Shown one piece after another: positions 24,804-33,695 of a DNA stretch of 51,508 nucleotides (within the stretch, counting starts at the first letter, position 1; every line of letters begins with the position of its first letter). Origin of the DNA: an uncultured Candidatus Saccharibacteria bacterium. GTDB lineage: Bacteria > Patescibacteriota > Saccharimonadia > Saccharimonadales > EFPC-124. The DNA lies in NCBI GenBank assembly GCA_964586395.1, contig CAZPGP010000006.1, forward strand, positions 1 to 51,508, read 5' to 3'. The notes beneath the pieces are model-generated. The model did no database searches, was not told the origin of the DNA, and saw nothing but the letters and a program-made list of their open reading frames with translations. Both the position numbers and the translations under genes were made by a program.

Positions 24804-27395
24804 GTGAGACAGTTTCTAACCAAAGTTTTTGGTGACCCACAAGCAAAGATCTTGAAGCGCCTGCGAAAGCGCGTTGTTTCAATCAATAATCTAGCCGAGC
24901 ACTACAAGGGTATGACAATCCCCGAGCTCAAGAAGCAAACGCAGGTCCTGAAGGACCGCCTGGCTGACGACAAGACGACTGTCGACGACATTCTGCCTGA
25001 AGCCTTTGCGCTCGTGCGCGAAGCGGCCGACCGCACGCTGAAGATGCGACACTTCGATGTTCAGCTCATCGGTGGTATGGCGCTGCACGAAGGTAACGTT
25101 GCCGAGATGAAAACAGGTGAGGGTAAAACGTTGGTCGCCACGCTGCCTATCTTCTTGAATGCACTCGAGGGTAAGGGCGCGCACTTCGTGACCGTCAACG
25201 ACTACCTGGCTCAGCGTGACGCGGGCTGGATGGGTCCAGTGTACAACTTCCTGGGGATGAGCGTGGGCGTGGTTATCGCCGACAAGTCATTTATCTACGA
25301 TCCCAAGTTTACAAACGAAGAGCACGACGATCCACGTATCCAAAAGCTCAAACCCTGCACTCGCAAGGAAGCATACGCTGCTGACATCACCTACGGCACG
25401 AACAACGAATTCGGGTTCGACTACTTGCGTGACAACATGGTCGACCAGACTGATCTGTTGCGTCAGCGCGAGTTACACTTTGCGATCGTGGACGAAGCTG
25501 ACTCTATCCTTATCGACGAAGCTCGTACGCCGCTTATCATTAGCGCACCGGCCAGCGACAGCGGTCAGAACTACGCAATCTTCTCAGGTATTGCTCGCAA
25601 GCTTCTACCAGATGACTACATTCTGGATGAGAAGCGCAAGGCTGTCAGTCTGACTGACCAAGGTGTCGAGAAGGTCCAGAAGATGCTCGGCATCAAGAAC
25701 CTTTATGCTCCTGACCACGTCCGTTCTGTCTACCACATGGACCAGGCGCTGCGTGCTGAGACATTGTTCAAGCGCGACCGCGACTACGTGGTTACAAGCG
25801 ACAAGGAAGTGATCATCGTCGACGAGTTCACTGGCCGTTTGATGCATGGTCGTCGCTACAACGAAGGTCTGCACCAGGCTATCGAAGCCAAAGAGGGTGT
25901 GCCTGTCCTACAGGAGAGCATGACCCTGGCAACGGTTTCGTTCCAGAACTACTTCCGCCTATACAAGAAGCTGAGCGGTATGACCGGTACGGCGTTCACC
26001 GAGGCAGAAGAGTTCCAGCAGATCTACGGTTTGGACGTTATTCAGATCCCGAGTAACAAGCCAGTCATTCGTGAGGACAAGACCGACATGATCTTCAAGA
26101 CCGAGTCTGGTAAGTTCAAGGCGATCGTTCGCGACGTTGCCGAGTATCAGAAGAAAGGCCGACCAGTCTTGATTGGTAGCGCCTCGATCGAGAAGAACGA
26201 AGCCATCAGTCGCGCATTGACCAAAGCTGGTATTAAGCACGAACTGCTGAACGCCAAGAACAACGAGCGGGAAGCCGCAATCGTAGCCCAGGCTGGTCAG
26301 AAGGGCGCTGTGACATTGGCGACTAACATTGCTGGTCGTGGTACTGACATTGTGCTGGGCGAAGGCGTTCGTGAACTCGGCGGCTTGGTGGTTATCGGCT
26401 CCGAGCGACACGAAGCTCGTCGTATCGACAACCAGCTCCGTGGTCGCGGTGGCCGACAGGGTGACCCAGGTCTGACACAGTTCTACGTGAGCACCGAGGA
26501 TGACCTGATGCGAATCTTCCAGGGTGAGCGTATCGCTGGCCTGATGGAGCGCTTGGGCGTAGACGACGACACGCCTATCCAGAACCGTGCCGTGAGCAAG
26601 ACTCTGGAGAGCGCGCAGAAGAAGGTTGAAGGATATAATTTCGATACGCGCAAAAATGTTGTTCAATATGACAACGTGATGAATCGCCACCGCAAGGCTA
26701 TCTACAGCATGCGTCGCCAGATTCTGGAGCAGGACGACATCAGTAGTGAAGTGAGCGACCTAGTCGAGGAGGCTGTTCGTCAGCTGGTTATCTTTGCGCC
26801 TGGCGACAAGGCAAAGTTTGGTGAGCAGTTCGAAGCAGTTATACCGCTCAAAAAGCCTGTCCTTGAGAAGCTTGCAGCCATCGAGAAGGACAAGGATCGC
26901 TTCGAAGCCGCACTGAAGGCTACGAACAAGCTCTACAAAGAGCGCGAGAAAGACTTCGGTAGCGAAACCGTTCGCAAGCTGGAGCGCGAAATTTACTTAC
27001 AGGTTATGGACACGCTTTGGATGCAGCATCTCGAGAACATGCAGCACCTTCGCGATGGTATTCACTGGCGCAGTATTGGCCAACGCGATCCATTAGTTGA
27101 GTATCGTCAGGAATCTCAACGGTTGTTTGAGACACTCCAGGCCACACTGCGTGATGAGGTTGTGCGTGCAATCTTCCATGTATCGCGTCAGGATATCGCT
27201 CGCGCTGACGAAGAATTCGACACCGAACTGACTCGCGCCGCCGAACAGTCTGTCGAGCAGGGCGTGAACGAGATCGCCGAAGTGACTCGCGAAGCCAACT
27301 TCCAGAAGAAAGACGAGAACCTCGCCAAGAAGAAAAAGGCCGAAACCAAAAAGAAGCGCAAGCAACAGCGCCAAAACCGCAAGAAACACAAATAG
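24804..27395 (+). CDS. secA: Preprotein translocase ATPase SecA
   Basis: Contains MKTGEGKTLVATLP, VDEADSILIDEARTPLIIS and TNIAGRGTDI, with a Lys-rich C-terminal tail. GTG start. Confidence 0.95.
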   Translation: MRQFLTKVFGDPQAKILKRLRKRVVSINNLAEHYKGMTIPELKKQTQVLKDRLADDKTTVDDILPEAFALVREAADRTLKMRHFDVQLIGGMALHEGNVAEMKTGEGKTLVATLPIFLNALEGKGAHFVTVNDYLAQRDAGWMGPVYNFLGMSVGVVIADKSFIYDPKFTNEEHDDPRIQKLKPCTRKEAYAADITYGTNNEFGFDYLRDNMVDQTDLLRQRELHFAIVDEADSILIDEARTPLIISAPASDSGQNYAIFSGIARKLLPDDYILDEKRKAVSLTDQGVEKVQKMLGIKNLYAPDHVRSVYHMDQALRAETLFKRDRDYVVTSDKEVIIVDEFTGRLMHGRRYNEGLHQAIEAKEGVPVLQESMTLATVSFQNYFRLYKKLSGMTGTAFTEAEEFQQIYGLDVIQIPSNKPVIREDKTDMIFKTESGKFKAIVRDVAEYQKKGRPVLIGSASIEKNEAISRALTKAGIKHELLNAKNNEREAAIVAQAGQKGAVTLATNIAGRGTDIVLGEGVRELGGLVVIGSERHEARRIDNQLRGRGGRQGDPGLTQFYVSTEDDLMRIFQGERIAGLMERLGVDDDTPIQNRAVSKTLESAQKKVEGYNFDTRKNVVQYDNVMNRHRKAIYSMRRQILEQDDISSEVSDLVEEAVRQLVIFAPGDKAKFGEQFEAVIPLKKPVLEKLAAIEKDKDRFEAALKATNKLYKEREKDFGSETVRKLEREIYLQVMDTLWMQHLENMQHLRDGIHWRSIGQRDPLVEYRQESQRLFETLQATLRDEVVRAIFHVSRQDIARADEEFDTELTRAAEQSVEQGVNEIAEVTREANFQKKDENLAKKKKAETKKKRKQQRQNRKKHK

Positions 27396-27396
27396 C

Positions 27397-27425
27397 AAAA
27401 CGCCCCGAGAAGATCGGGGCGTTTT
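27397..27425 (+). terminator. Intrinsic terminator of secA
   Basis: AAAACGCCCCGA-gaaga-TCGGGGCGTTTT. Confidence 0.7.
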
Positions 27426-27428
27426 GCG

Positions 27429-27437
27429 TATAAGTTC
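27429..27437 (+). repeat. Cassette junction motif TATAAGTTC (exact)
   Basis: Starts 4 nt after the secA terminator and lies 15 nt before the hairpin of cassette gene C. Confidence 0.6.
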
Positions 27438-27452
27438 AAGTGTTGCCCGGGC

Positions 27453-27481
27453 GGGCGCCGACGAGTGGTTCGTCGACGCCC
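27453..27481 (-). terminator. GC-rich hairpin downstream of cassette gene C
   Basis: GGGCGCCGACGA-gtggt-TCGTCGACGCCC (one mismatch). Confidence 0.45.
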
Positions 27482-27501
27482 AGCCACAGTGAACTGCCCG
27501 G

Positions 27502-27813
27502 TCAGGGCAGGAACAGCGTGATGTAGCTCACGCCGTGGGCCGGTGGCGCACCCGACTCGGGCTGGTGGAAGAAGCGCAGTCCACGACAGTGGCCTGCAAA
27601 GACGCCGCTCATCACGAACATCAGTGCTTCGACATCGCGCACCGGGTAGCTGCGGTCGTTGCTGAACCGTGGCTTGGTCCAGCAAGCCACCACCAGATGT
27701 CCCTTGGGCAGGCCGGCGGTGAGAGCCTCTAGGGCCTTCGCCGCAGCTGCCGCGTCGCCGGCGATACCTCTCCTGGCATCAGGGTCGGTGGGGAAGCGAT
27801 CAGTGATTTCCAT
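27502..27813 (-). CDS. GC-rich orphan protein C (103 aa)
   Basis: ATG 27813. High GC3. No recognisable motif. Bracketed by its own promoter and hairpin. Confidence 0.5.
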   Translation of the reverse strand: MEITDRFPTDPDARRGIAGDAAAAAKALEALTAGLPKGHLVVACWTKPRFSNDRSYPVRDVEALMFVMSGVFAGHCRGLRFFHQPESGAPPAHGVSYITLFLP

Positions 27814-27853
27814 CTTGTGTCCCTTGTTCGGACGAGCCTTGCTGTACCCGAGA

Positions 27854-27881
27854 ATAATATCATCAAAGGACCAAAAGTCAA
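27854..27881 (-). promoter_or_regulatory. Sigma70-type promoter of cassette gene C
   Basis: On the minus strand: TTGACT (27881-27876), 16-nt spacer, TATTAT (27859-27854). Confidence 0.5.
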
Positions 27882-27956
27882 CCCGACTTACCTCTATAAC
27901 ATTGGCGAACTAATGGTATGATGGTATGAGAATACGTAATCTGGATTTCTTTAAAC

Positions 27957-29243
27957 ATGAAACACACCGTTGAAGAAGTAGTACTTCAAAATGGCAGCCG
28001 TGGCCTGCTCATTCATGTGCCTAACGCCACTGTCATGAGCTTTGACTTTGAGTTTCGCGCTGGGTACGAATACGCGCTGAGCGAAGACATTTACGAAACG
28101 CCACACATCATGGAGCACATGGTGCTAGGCGCCAACGAGCAGTACCCAAATGCTCGTCTCTACAACGCCGAGCTCGAGAAGAACGGCGCCTACAGCAACG
28201 CCAGCACAAGCACCGTCAGTCTGAAGTATGTCGCCGACTGCGCAGACTTTGAGTGGGACCGCGTGTTGGATTTGCTGAAACTTGCCGTCACCAAGCCATT
28301 ATTCCTCCAAGCCGAATACAAAGCCGAATACGGCAACGTAAAGGAAGAGTTGACGGGCTACTTGAACAACCACGGTCGCGTACTGTGGCAGCGCATTGGC
28401 CGTGAGAGCGGCGAGCGATTTTTGAGCGACGAAGCACGCATGCTGACCATGCCAAACATCAAGCTCAAGGACATCAAAGAGCATTACGAGCGAACTCACA
28501 CCTCCGACAACCTGCGTTTCGTGATCGCAGGCAACTTGAGCGGTGGTCGCCACGAGATAATCATCAACAAGCTCGAGAAGTGGTCATTGCCACGCGGCGA
28601 GCGTTTTGCCGTCAAGCGGGAAGAGCTGGTTGGCGCGCCTGAGCCAATCCACATCTTGCGCAAAGACGTCGAGAATCTTATCTTCGGCCTCGCTATCGAA
28701 GCTAACTGGCGCTTCACTGACGCCGAGCACGACGCCATGAAGGCACTCAACCATATCCTGACTGGCACATTGCACTCTCTGATCCTTGGTCGCGCCCGTG
28801 AGCAAGGCCTGGTGTATGGTATGTGGTCTGACTTCTTGGTCAGCGACAGCACCAGCGAATGGGACTTTGGTGGACAGGTGAGCTTGAAGAACGCACCGAA
28901 ACTATTTGAGATCGTGAACGAAGAAGTTGGCAAAGTCCTCAGCGGCGACATTAAAGCCAAGGACCTCGAGGCTTCGAAGCAATTCGCCCTTGGCAAGCAC
29001 CAGATGGGCTGCCAGACAGTCGGCTCGATCGCGCACTGGTACGGCGACCGCTACTTCTTTGACGGCTACATTGACGATTACGCCAAGCGGCCAAAAGCCA
29101 TCGAGGCTATCACGAAGGACGCGATGGTAAGCGCCGCCAACAATCTAGTCAACGGCAAGCGCTGGGCATTCGGCGCACTTGGCCAGGCGAAGAGGGAAGA
29201 CCTGGATACTCTGCATCAGCAGCTCGGGGGACTCTTCCAGTGA
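27957..29243 (+). CDS. M16 (pitrilysin/insulinase) family zinc peptidase
   Basis: Inverted zinc motif HxxEH (HIMEH) about 55 residues from the N-terminus. Two-lobed, 428 aa. Confidence 0.7.
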   Translation: MKHTVEEVVLQNGSRGLLIHVPNATVMSFDFEFRAGYEYALSEDIYETPHIMEHMVLGANEQYPNARLYNAELEKNGAYSNASTSTVSLKYVADCADFEWDRVLDLLKLAVTKPLFLQAEYKAEYGNVKEELTGYLNNHGRVLWQRIGRESGERFLSDEARMLTMPNIKLKDIKEHYERTHTSDNLRFVIAGNLSGGRHEIIINKLEKWSLPRGERFAVKREELVGAPEPIHILRKDVENLIFGLAIEANWRFTDAEHDAMKALNHILTGTLHSLILGRAREQGLVYGMWSDFLVSDSTSEWDFGGQVSLKNAPKLFEIVNEEVGKVLSGDIKAKDLEASKQFALGKHQMGCQTVGSIAHWYGDRYFFDGYIDDYAKRPKAIEAITKDAMVSAANNLVNGKRWAFGALGQAKREDLDTLHQQLGGLFQ

Positions 29244-30526
29244 AAGTAGCGATAGTCGGTTTTGGCGTCGAAGGTCAGTCGGCATATCGCTACTATGCTT
29301 CGCAACGAGACATGGACATTACTGTTTATCACAAGGAGCGTCCAGCGGATTTGCCTGAGGGCGTGAAGGTTGTGCTGGACGCACACGCAACAGAGCTGAC
29401 GGGCTATGATGTCGTGCTGCGCTCGCCGCCGGTCGCACCAACTAGTTTGCACACAGACGGACGCGTAACCACAGTGACCGAGGAATTCATTTCTGCTTTT
29501 GGCACTGAGCGCTTGATCGGCATCACTGGCAGCAAGGGCAAGGGGACGATGAGCGCGTTGGTGTTCGCTATGTTAGACGCGGCAGGCAAGCGAGTCCACT
29601 TGGGCGGCAACATTGGCGTACCGGCACTCGACCTGTTACCAGATGTGAAGGATGGCGACTATGTCGTATTGGAGCTTTCGAGCTTCCAGCTGTGGGCCAT
29701 GCAGAAGAGCCCGCATATGGCCATCGTTGGGATGATTACGCCGGACCACTTGGACGTGCACGCTGACTTCGACGATTACATTGGCGCAAAGGCTAACATC
29801 GCCCGTCATCAGACGTCTGAAGATATTATTATTTATCATCCGACCAATAAGCATTCCAAATGGATTGCCGACCAATCGCCGGCCGCAACTAAATTGCGGT
29901 ATGCATCGGCAGAGGCTGCGCATGTTGAGGACGGTCATTTTGTGATTGCCGAACAGAAGATCTGCAGCGTTAGCGACGTGCAGATTCCGGGTAGGCACAA
30001 CCTCGAGAACATTTGCGCTGCGCTAACTGCTGCATGGCAGGTGACGCAGGATGTCGAGGCTTTGGCCCGTGCGATTCGTGAATACAAGGGTCTCGAGCAC
30101 CGTATCGAGTTCGTGCGTAAGATTGATGGCGTGGATTATTACGACGACAGTTTTGCGGCCAGCACGAGCGCGGCCATTGTCGCAGCGCAGGCATTTGAAG
30201 CGCCAAAGGTCTTGGTGCTTGGCGGTTACGACCGCGGGATCGACCTCAACGAAATGGTTCAGGCATTGACCAAACTCAACCTCCGCAAAGTTCTACTGAT
30301 CGGCCAAACCGCACCCAAGCTACGCGAATTATTCGACACAGCAGGGAAGGGTGAACTGGTCGAAGAACTTGGCGCCGCCAATATGACCGATGTCGTTGCC
30401 AAAGCTAAAGCTGCTGCGCAGAAGGGTGACGTCGTCGTCTTGTCGCCGGGTAGCGCCAGCTTCGATATGTTCAAGGACTACAAGGACCGCGGTAATCAAT
30501 TCAAGGAAGCAGTGCGGGCATTATGA
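29240..30526 (+). CDS. murD: UDP-N-acetylmuramoyl-L-alanine--glutamate ligase (MurD family)
   Basis: N-terminal Rossmann VAIVGFGVEG, Mur-ligase P-loop GITGSKGKGT, and a C-terminal LSPGSASFDMF. GTG start overlaps the upstream stop (GTGA). Confidence 0.85.
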   Translation: MKVAIVGFGVEGQSAYRYYASQRDMDITVYHKERPADLPEGVKVVLDAHATELTGYDVVLRSPPVAPTSLHTDGRVTTVTEEFISAFGTERLIGITGSKGKGTMSALVFAMLDAAGKRVHLGGNIGVPALDLLPDVKDGDYVVLELSSFQLWAMQKSPHMAIVGMITPDHLDVHADFDDYIGAKANIARHQTSEDIIIYHPTNKHSKWIADQSPAATKLRYASAEAAHVEDGHFVIAEQKICSVSDVQIPGRHNLENICAALTAAWQVTQDVEALARAIREYKGLEHRIEFVRKIDGVDYYDDSFAASTSAAIVAAQAFEAPKVLVLGGYDRGIDLNEMVQALTKLNLRKVLLIGQTAPKLRELFDTAGKGELVEELGAANMTDVVAKAKAAAQKGDVVVLSPGSASFDMFKDYKDRGNQFKEAVRAL

Positions 30527-31872
30527 AACCATTTGATCACAGTAAGGTAGAGACGTTTGAGATTTCTGGCTACGACTTTGATGCGCAGACCGGCGAAGTG
30601 CAGCTGCATTATGCGCTGCTGGGCGAGGGCGAGCCAATTACGCTCACTGAAAAAGCGAGCATTCCGGTTGGCAATATTGACCAGCAATCCGCTGAAGTTG
30701 CCGACCGACTAGCGCGTCTGCTTTTGCTGGCCGCGAGCGTTAGTTACTACAAAACAGCCGTGCCAACACGTGTCGCGGTGCGCATGCCCGTCACCAGTGC
30801 CGAGAAGCACTTCTTGACGGAAGTCATCCGCCGCGGGTTGACTGAGTTTGCTTACGTGAACAACCTACCGCACGCCTTGACCCCGGAGATTGAGACCTCA
30901 GAGATTATTCCGGGCGAACCAATCGCGCTTTCTGTTGTCGATGAACAGCACCCGCTTGTTGCGGTGGGCGGCGGCAAGGATTCTATCGTGAGCATCGAGG
31001 CTTTGCGTGCAGCAGGCTTCAAGCCGACGCTTTTTTCGGTCAACTCATATACGCCAATCGCGAATACTGTCGAGCGAGCCGAACTTCCGTACCTTAAGGT
31101 TGGCCGTCAGATCGACCCAAAAATTGGCGAATTGAACGAACAAGGCGCGCTGAACGGCCACGTGCCAATTACAATGATCAATTCAATTTTGGCCCTTTTG
31201 GCCGCGACGATGAATGGTCTGAGCACGGTTATCTTTAGCAACGAACGATCTGCATCCGTCGGCAACCTGATGTGGAATGGCATCGACGTGAACCACCAAT
31301 GGGCCAAAAGCATCGAAGCCGAGAAGCTGCTGCAGGACACTTTGGCCAGTGTTGTTTCGCCATCGCTCGCGTACTTTTCATTGCTGCGACCGCTGTCCGA
31401 ATTGCGCATTGCTCGTCAGTTCGCAACACTCGAGCAATATCATGATATCTTCACTAGCTGCAATCGCGCCTTCCATCTCGACCCAAGCAAGCGGCGCATC
31501 TGGTGCGGCGAATGCGATAAATGCCGGTTTGTGTTCTTGGTCTTGGCGCCGTATCTGAGCGCGCCGCAGCTCAAGGCGATCTGGCACAAAAATATGTTCG
31601 AAGATGGTGAGCAGTTGGCTGGCTTCCGCGAACTTCTAGGTATCGAAGGGCACAAGCCGTTGGAGTGCGTAGGAGAGATTGCCGAATCACGCCTTGCGTT
31701 GGTCATGGCTTCCGAAAAAGAAGACTGGAAACACACCGCACTCGTGCCGGTGCTGCTGAACGATTTGCCGGAAGATTCGCTCCCAACCCCTGAACAGGAG
31801 CGTGAGATCTTTGAAACGGGTGAGCATCTCATCCCCGAGACTTATCTGTTAGCGCTTGATCAAATCAAGTAA
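30523..31872 (+). CDS. PP-loop (adenine nucleotide alpha-hydrolase-like) protein coupled to murD; candidate MurL-type epimerase
   Basis: ATGA overlap with murD. Contains VAVGGGKDSIVS (SGGxDS-like PP-loop) and a C-terminal CGECDKCRF. Function is inferred from context only. Confidence 0.4.
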   Translation: MKPFDHSKVETFEISGYDFDAQTGEVQLHYALLGEGEPITLTEKASIPVGNIDQQSAEVADRLARLLLLAASVSYYKTAVPTRVAVRMPVTSAEKHFLTEVIRRGLTEFAYVNNLPHALTPEIETSEIIPGEPIALSVVDEQHPLVAVGGGKDSIVSIEALRAAGFKPTLFSVNSYTPIANTVERAELPYLKVGRQIDPKIGELNEQGALNGHVPITMINSILALLAATMNGLSTVIFSNERSASVGNLMWNGIDVNHQWAKSIEAEKLLQDTLASVVSPSLAYFSLLRPLSELRIARQFATLEQYHDIFTSCNRAFHLDPSKRRIWCGECDKCRFVFLVLAPYLSAPQLKAIWHKNMFEDGEQLAGFRELLGIEGHKPLECVGEIAESRLALVMASEKEDWKHTALVPVLLNDLPEDSLPTPEQEREIFETGEHLIPETYLLALDQIK

Positions 31873-31874
31873 GC

Positions 31875-32690
31875 TTATAATTCTTCTAGGTGCTTCTTGT
31901 ACTGAAGCGGCGTGAGGCCGACGGTGCTTTTGAAGTCGGTAATAAAGTGTTGCTGGCTGCTGTAGCCGAGGTCATACGCGATCGCTGTCCAGTCGGGCTG
32001 TTCGGTCTGACGAATACGTTCGGTTGCCGAGAGTAACATATGACGCTTCAGGAACCACTTGAGGCCAACGCCGACATATTCGGCGAATAGCGCTTGAATC
32101 CATCGTTCGCTTCGGCCAATTTGACGCGCGACGTCGCTGACCGTGAGGTTGGAATCGTCGGCTTCGATAGTTATGATGAGCTGATTGATTATCTCGATAT
32201 TAGGATCAGCTTGCGGTCGGAGCGAGCGAAGAAGCTCGGCAAACTCCATGGCATGGTCAGGGAGCGCAAGCAGCCGATGCTGCTCATGTAAATCCAAACC
32301 GGGTAGCAGGCGTTGTAACGGCACGACCGAATCCTGGAGTTCTGACATCTTGCCGGACCACAATGCGTGGAATGCGCCGGGGCGGAAGCGTGCGCCAATA
32401 ATTTTACCTGTCTCTGCGGCGACGTATGTCCGTTTGCCGCGGAATGTTCCCTGAATGCCAGCCTCGTCGGCCGATATAAAGACGTCAACAAATGGGCGGT
32501 GCATGACTTGGCTCGAATGATATGCGCTCTGCAGGTCCTGCCAACTAATGGTCCAGAAGTGTTGCACAAATTGTGCGAGGTCGGCTGGCGGCTTTTGAAT
32601 AGAGAAGTTGACGCTGCGCTTGAACCCTTCTGGGTTCAGGTGGCCACGCGATCGGTAACTGTCTGCGGGTTTTTGTAATATCTCTGTCAC
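31875..32690 (-). CDS. AraC-family transcriptional regulator
   Basis: C-terminal double HTH (VSDVARQIGRSERWIQALF ... GYSSQQHFITDFKSTVGLTPLQYKK). Confidence 0.8.
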   Translation of the reverse strand: MTEILQKPADSYRSRGHLNPEGFKRSVNFSIQKPPADLAQFVQHFWTISWQDLQSAYHSSQVMHRPFVDVFISADEAGIQGTFRGKRTYVAAETGKIIGARFRPGAFHALWSGKMSELQDSVVPLQRLLPGLDLHEQHRLLALPDHAMEFAELLRSLRPQADPNIEIINQLIITIEADDSNLTVSDVARQIGRSERWIQALFAEYVGVGLKWFLKRHMLLSATERIRQTEQPDWTAIAYDLGYSSQQHFITDFKSTVGLTPLQYKKHLEEL

Positions 32691-32740
32691 GTTGCTGGCT
32701 ATTATAGGGCTAGCCTCATTAATAACAAAGGAGATAACAG

Positions 32741-33163
32741 ATGAGCAAACAACATTTTCTACGTGGCATGGCTACCGTAAACTATTTCGCGGAGGACGTC
32801 ATTGCCGCACGCGACTGGTACGCTGCATTGTTCGGCGCGGAAGCCTACTTCCAGATGCCAAGCAAGGAAGCTCCGGCGTATGTCGAGTTCCGAATCGGTG
32901 ATAACGAAGACGAATTCGGTATCATCGACCGCAAGTATGCACCAAAGGCTATGCAGCCCGGTCCTGGCGGTTCGATCTTGCTATGGCATGTGGATGATGT
33001 CGAGGCGACATTCACAAAACTATTGGATATGGGGGCGACGGAGTACGATCCAATCACCAAGCGTGGCGAGTCTGGATTTGTGACCGCTTCGGTTGTGGAC
33101 CCATTCGGTAACGTCTTGGGCATAATGTACAACCCGCATTATGTCGAAATCCTTGGCAAATAA
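32741..33163 (+). CDS. VOC (glyoxalase/bleomycin-resistance) family protein
   Basis: 140 aa with paired beta-alpha-beta-beta-beta modules (YVEFRIG..., ILLWHVDDVEA..., ASVVDPFGNVLGI). Confidence 0.65.
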   Translation: MSKQHFLRGMATVNYFAEDVIAARDWYAALFGAEAYFQMPSKEAPAYVEFRIGDNEDEFGIIDRKYAPKAMQPGPGGSILLWHVDDVEATFTKLLDMGATEYDPITKRGESGFVTASVVDPFGNVLGIMYNPHYVEILGK

Positions 33164-33171
33164 ATAAGTTC
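33163..33171 (+). repeat. Cassette junction motif variant AATAAGTTC
   Basis: Overlaps the last base of the TAA stop of the VOC gene and lies 15 nt before the hairpin of cassette gene D. Confidence 0.55.
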
Positions 33172-33186
33172 AAAAGTGGTGCTGAC

Positions 33187-33221
33187 ACGCCCGTCGGACC
33201 CAGAGTGGGGCCGACGGGCGT
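33187..33221 (-). terminator. GC-rich hairpin downstream of cassette gene D
   Basis: ACGCCCGTCGG...CCGACGGGCGT, a perfect 11-bp stem. Confidence 0.5.
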
Positions 33222-33248
33222 GCAGTCGGGGCGTGCAGCGCCCGCGAC

Positions 33249-33605
33249 CTACTGCTCGGGGCGCTGACGCTCCTTCGTGATCCGCCTGGTGCGCCGCCCG
33301 GCCTTCTTGTTCTTCGCGATGAACGACACGAAGGCGATGATGACGATTGTGGCCATCGCCGCGATGAACAGGTTCACCAGGAACACCAGTGCTCCGGCCA
33401 GGATCGTGATGAACGGCCGGTCGCCGGTGTTCGAGCCCACCATCATGTTCATGATGGACTCCAACATGCCCAGGAAGGCGATGGAGACGTACGTCGTGAT
33501 GCTCGCGACCGCGAGATCGATGAGCGCCCAGCGCTTCCAGCGGCCCCTGGTCCTCGTCCGTGGACGCGGGGTCTCGTCAGCCGCCGGCTCGGGCAAAGTG
33601 GACAT
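33249..33605 (-). CDS. GC-rich small 2-TM membrane protein D with Arg/Lys-rich termini (orphan)
   Basis: Start moved to ATG 33605, preceded by GGGAGG; the longer ORF to 33662 would run through the -10 box. Two hydrophobic segments. Confidence 0.55.
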   Translation of the reverse strand: MSTLPEPAADETPRPRTRTRGRWKRWALIDLAVASITTYVSIAFLGMLESIMNMMVGSNTGDRPFITILAGALVFLVNLFIAAMATIVIIAFVSFIAKNKKAGRRTRRITKERQRPEQ

Positions 33606-33649
33606 CTGTCCTCCCACATAGTCAGGCCGAATATTCCGAACTAGGGTTG

Positions 33650-33678
33650 ATTCTACAATCATAAAGCCACTATTGCAA
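33650..33678 (-). promoter_or_regulatory. Sigma70-type promoter of cassette gene D
   Basis: On the minus strand: TTGCAA (33678-33673), 17-nt spacer, TAGAAT (33655-33650). Confidence 0.5.
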
Positions 33679-33695
33679 GTGATATACTAGAGGTA

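Noticed and set aside
25959-26690. Long antisense ORFs inside backbone genes (for example 25959-26690 in secA, 17856-18638 in lysK, 4874-5410 in htrA, 8075-8578 in rpsB, 8660-9178 in tsf)
   Set aside because: They lie opposite genes with unambiguous conserved motifs and have no independent start or SD signals.
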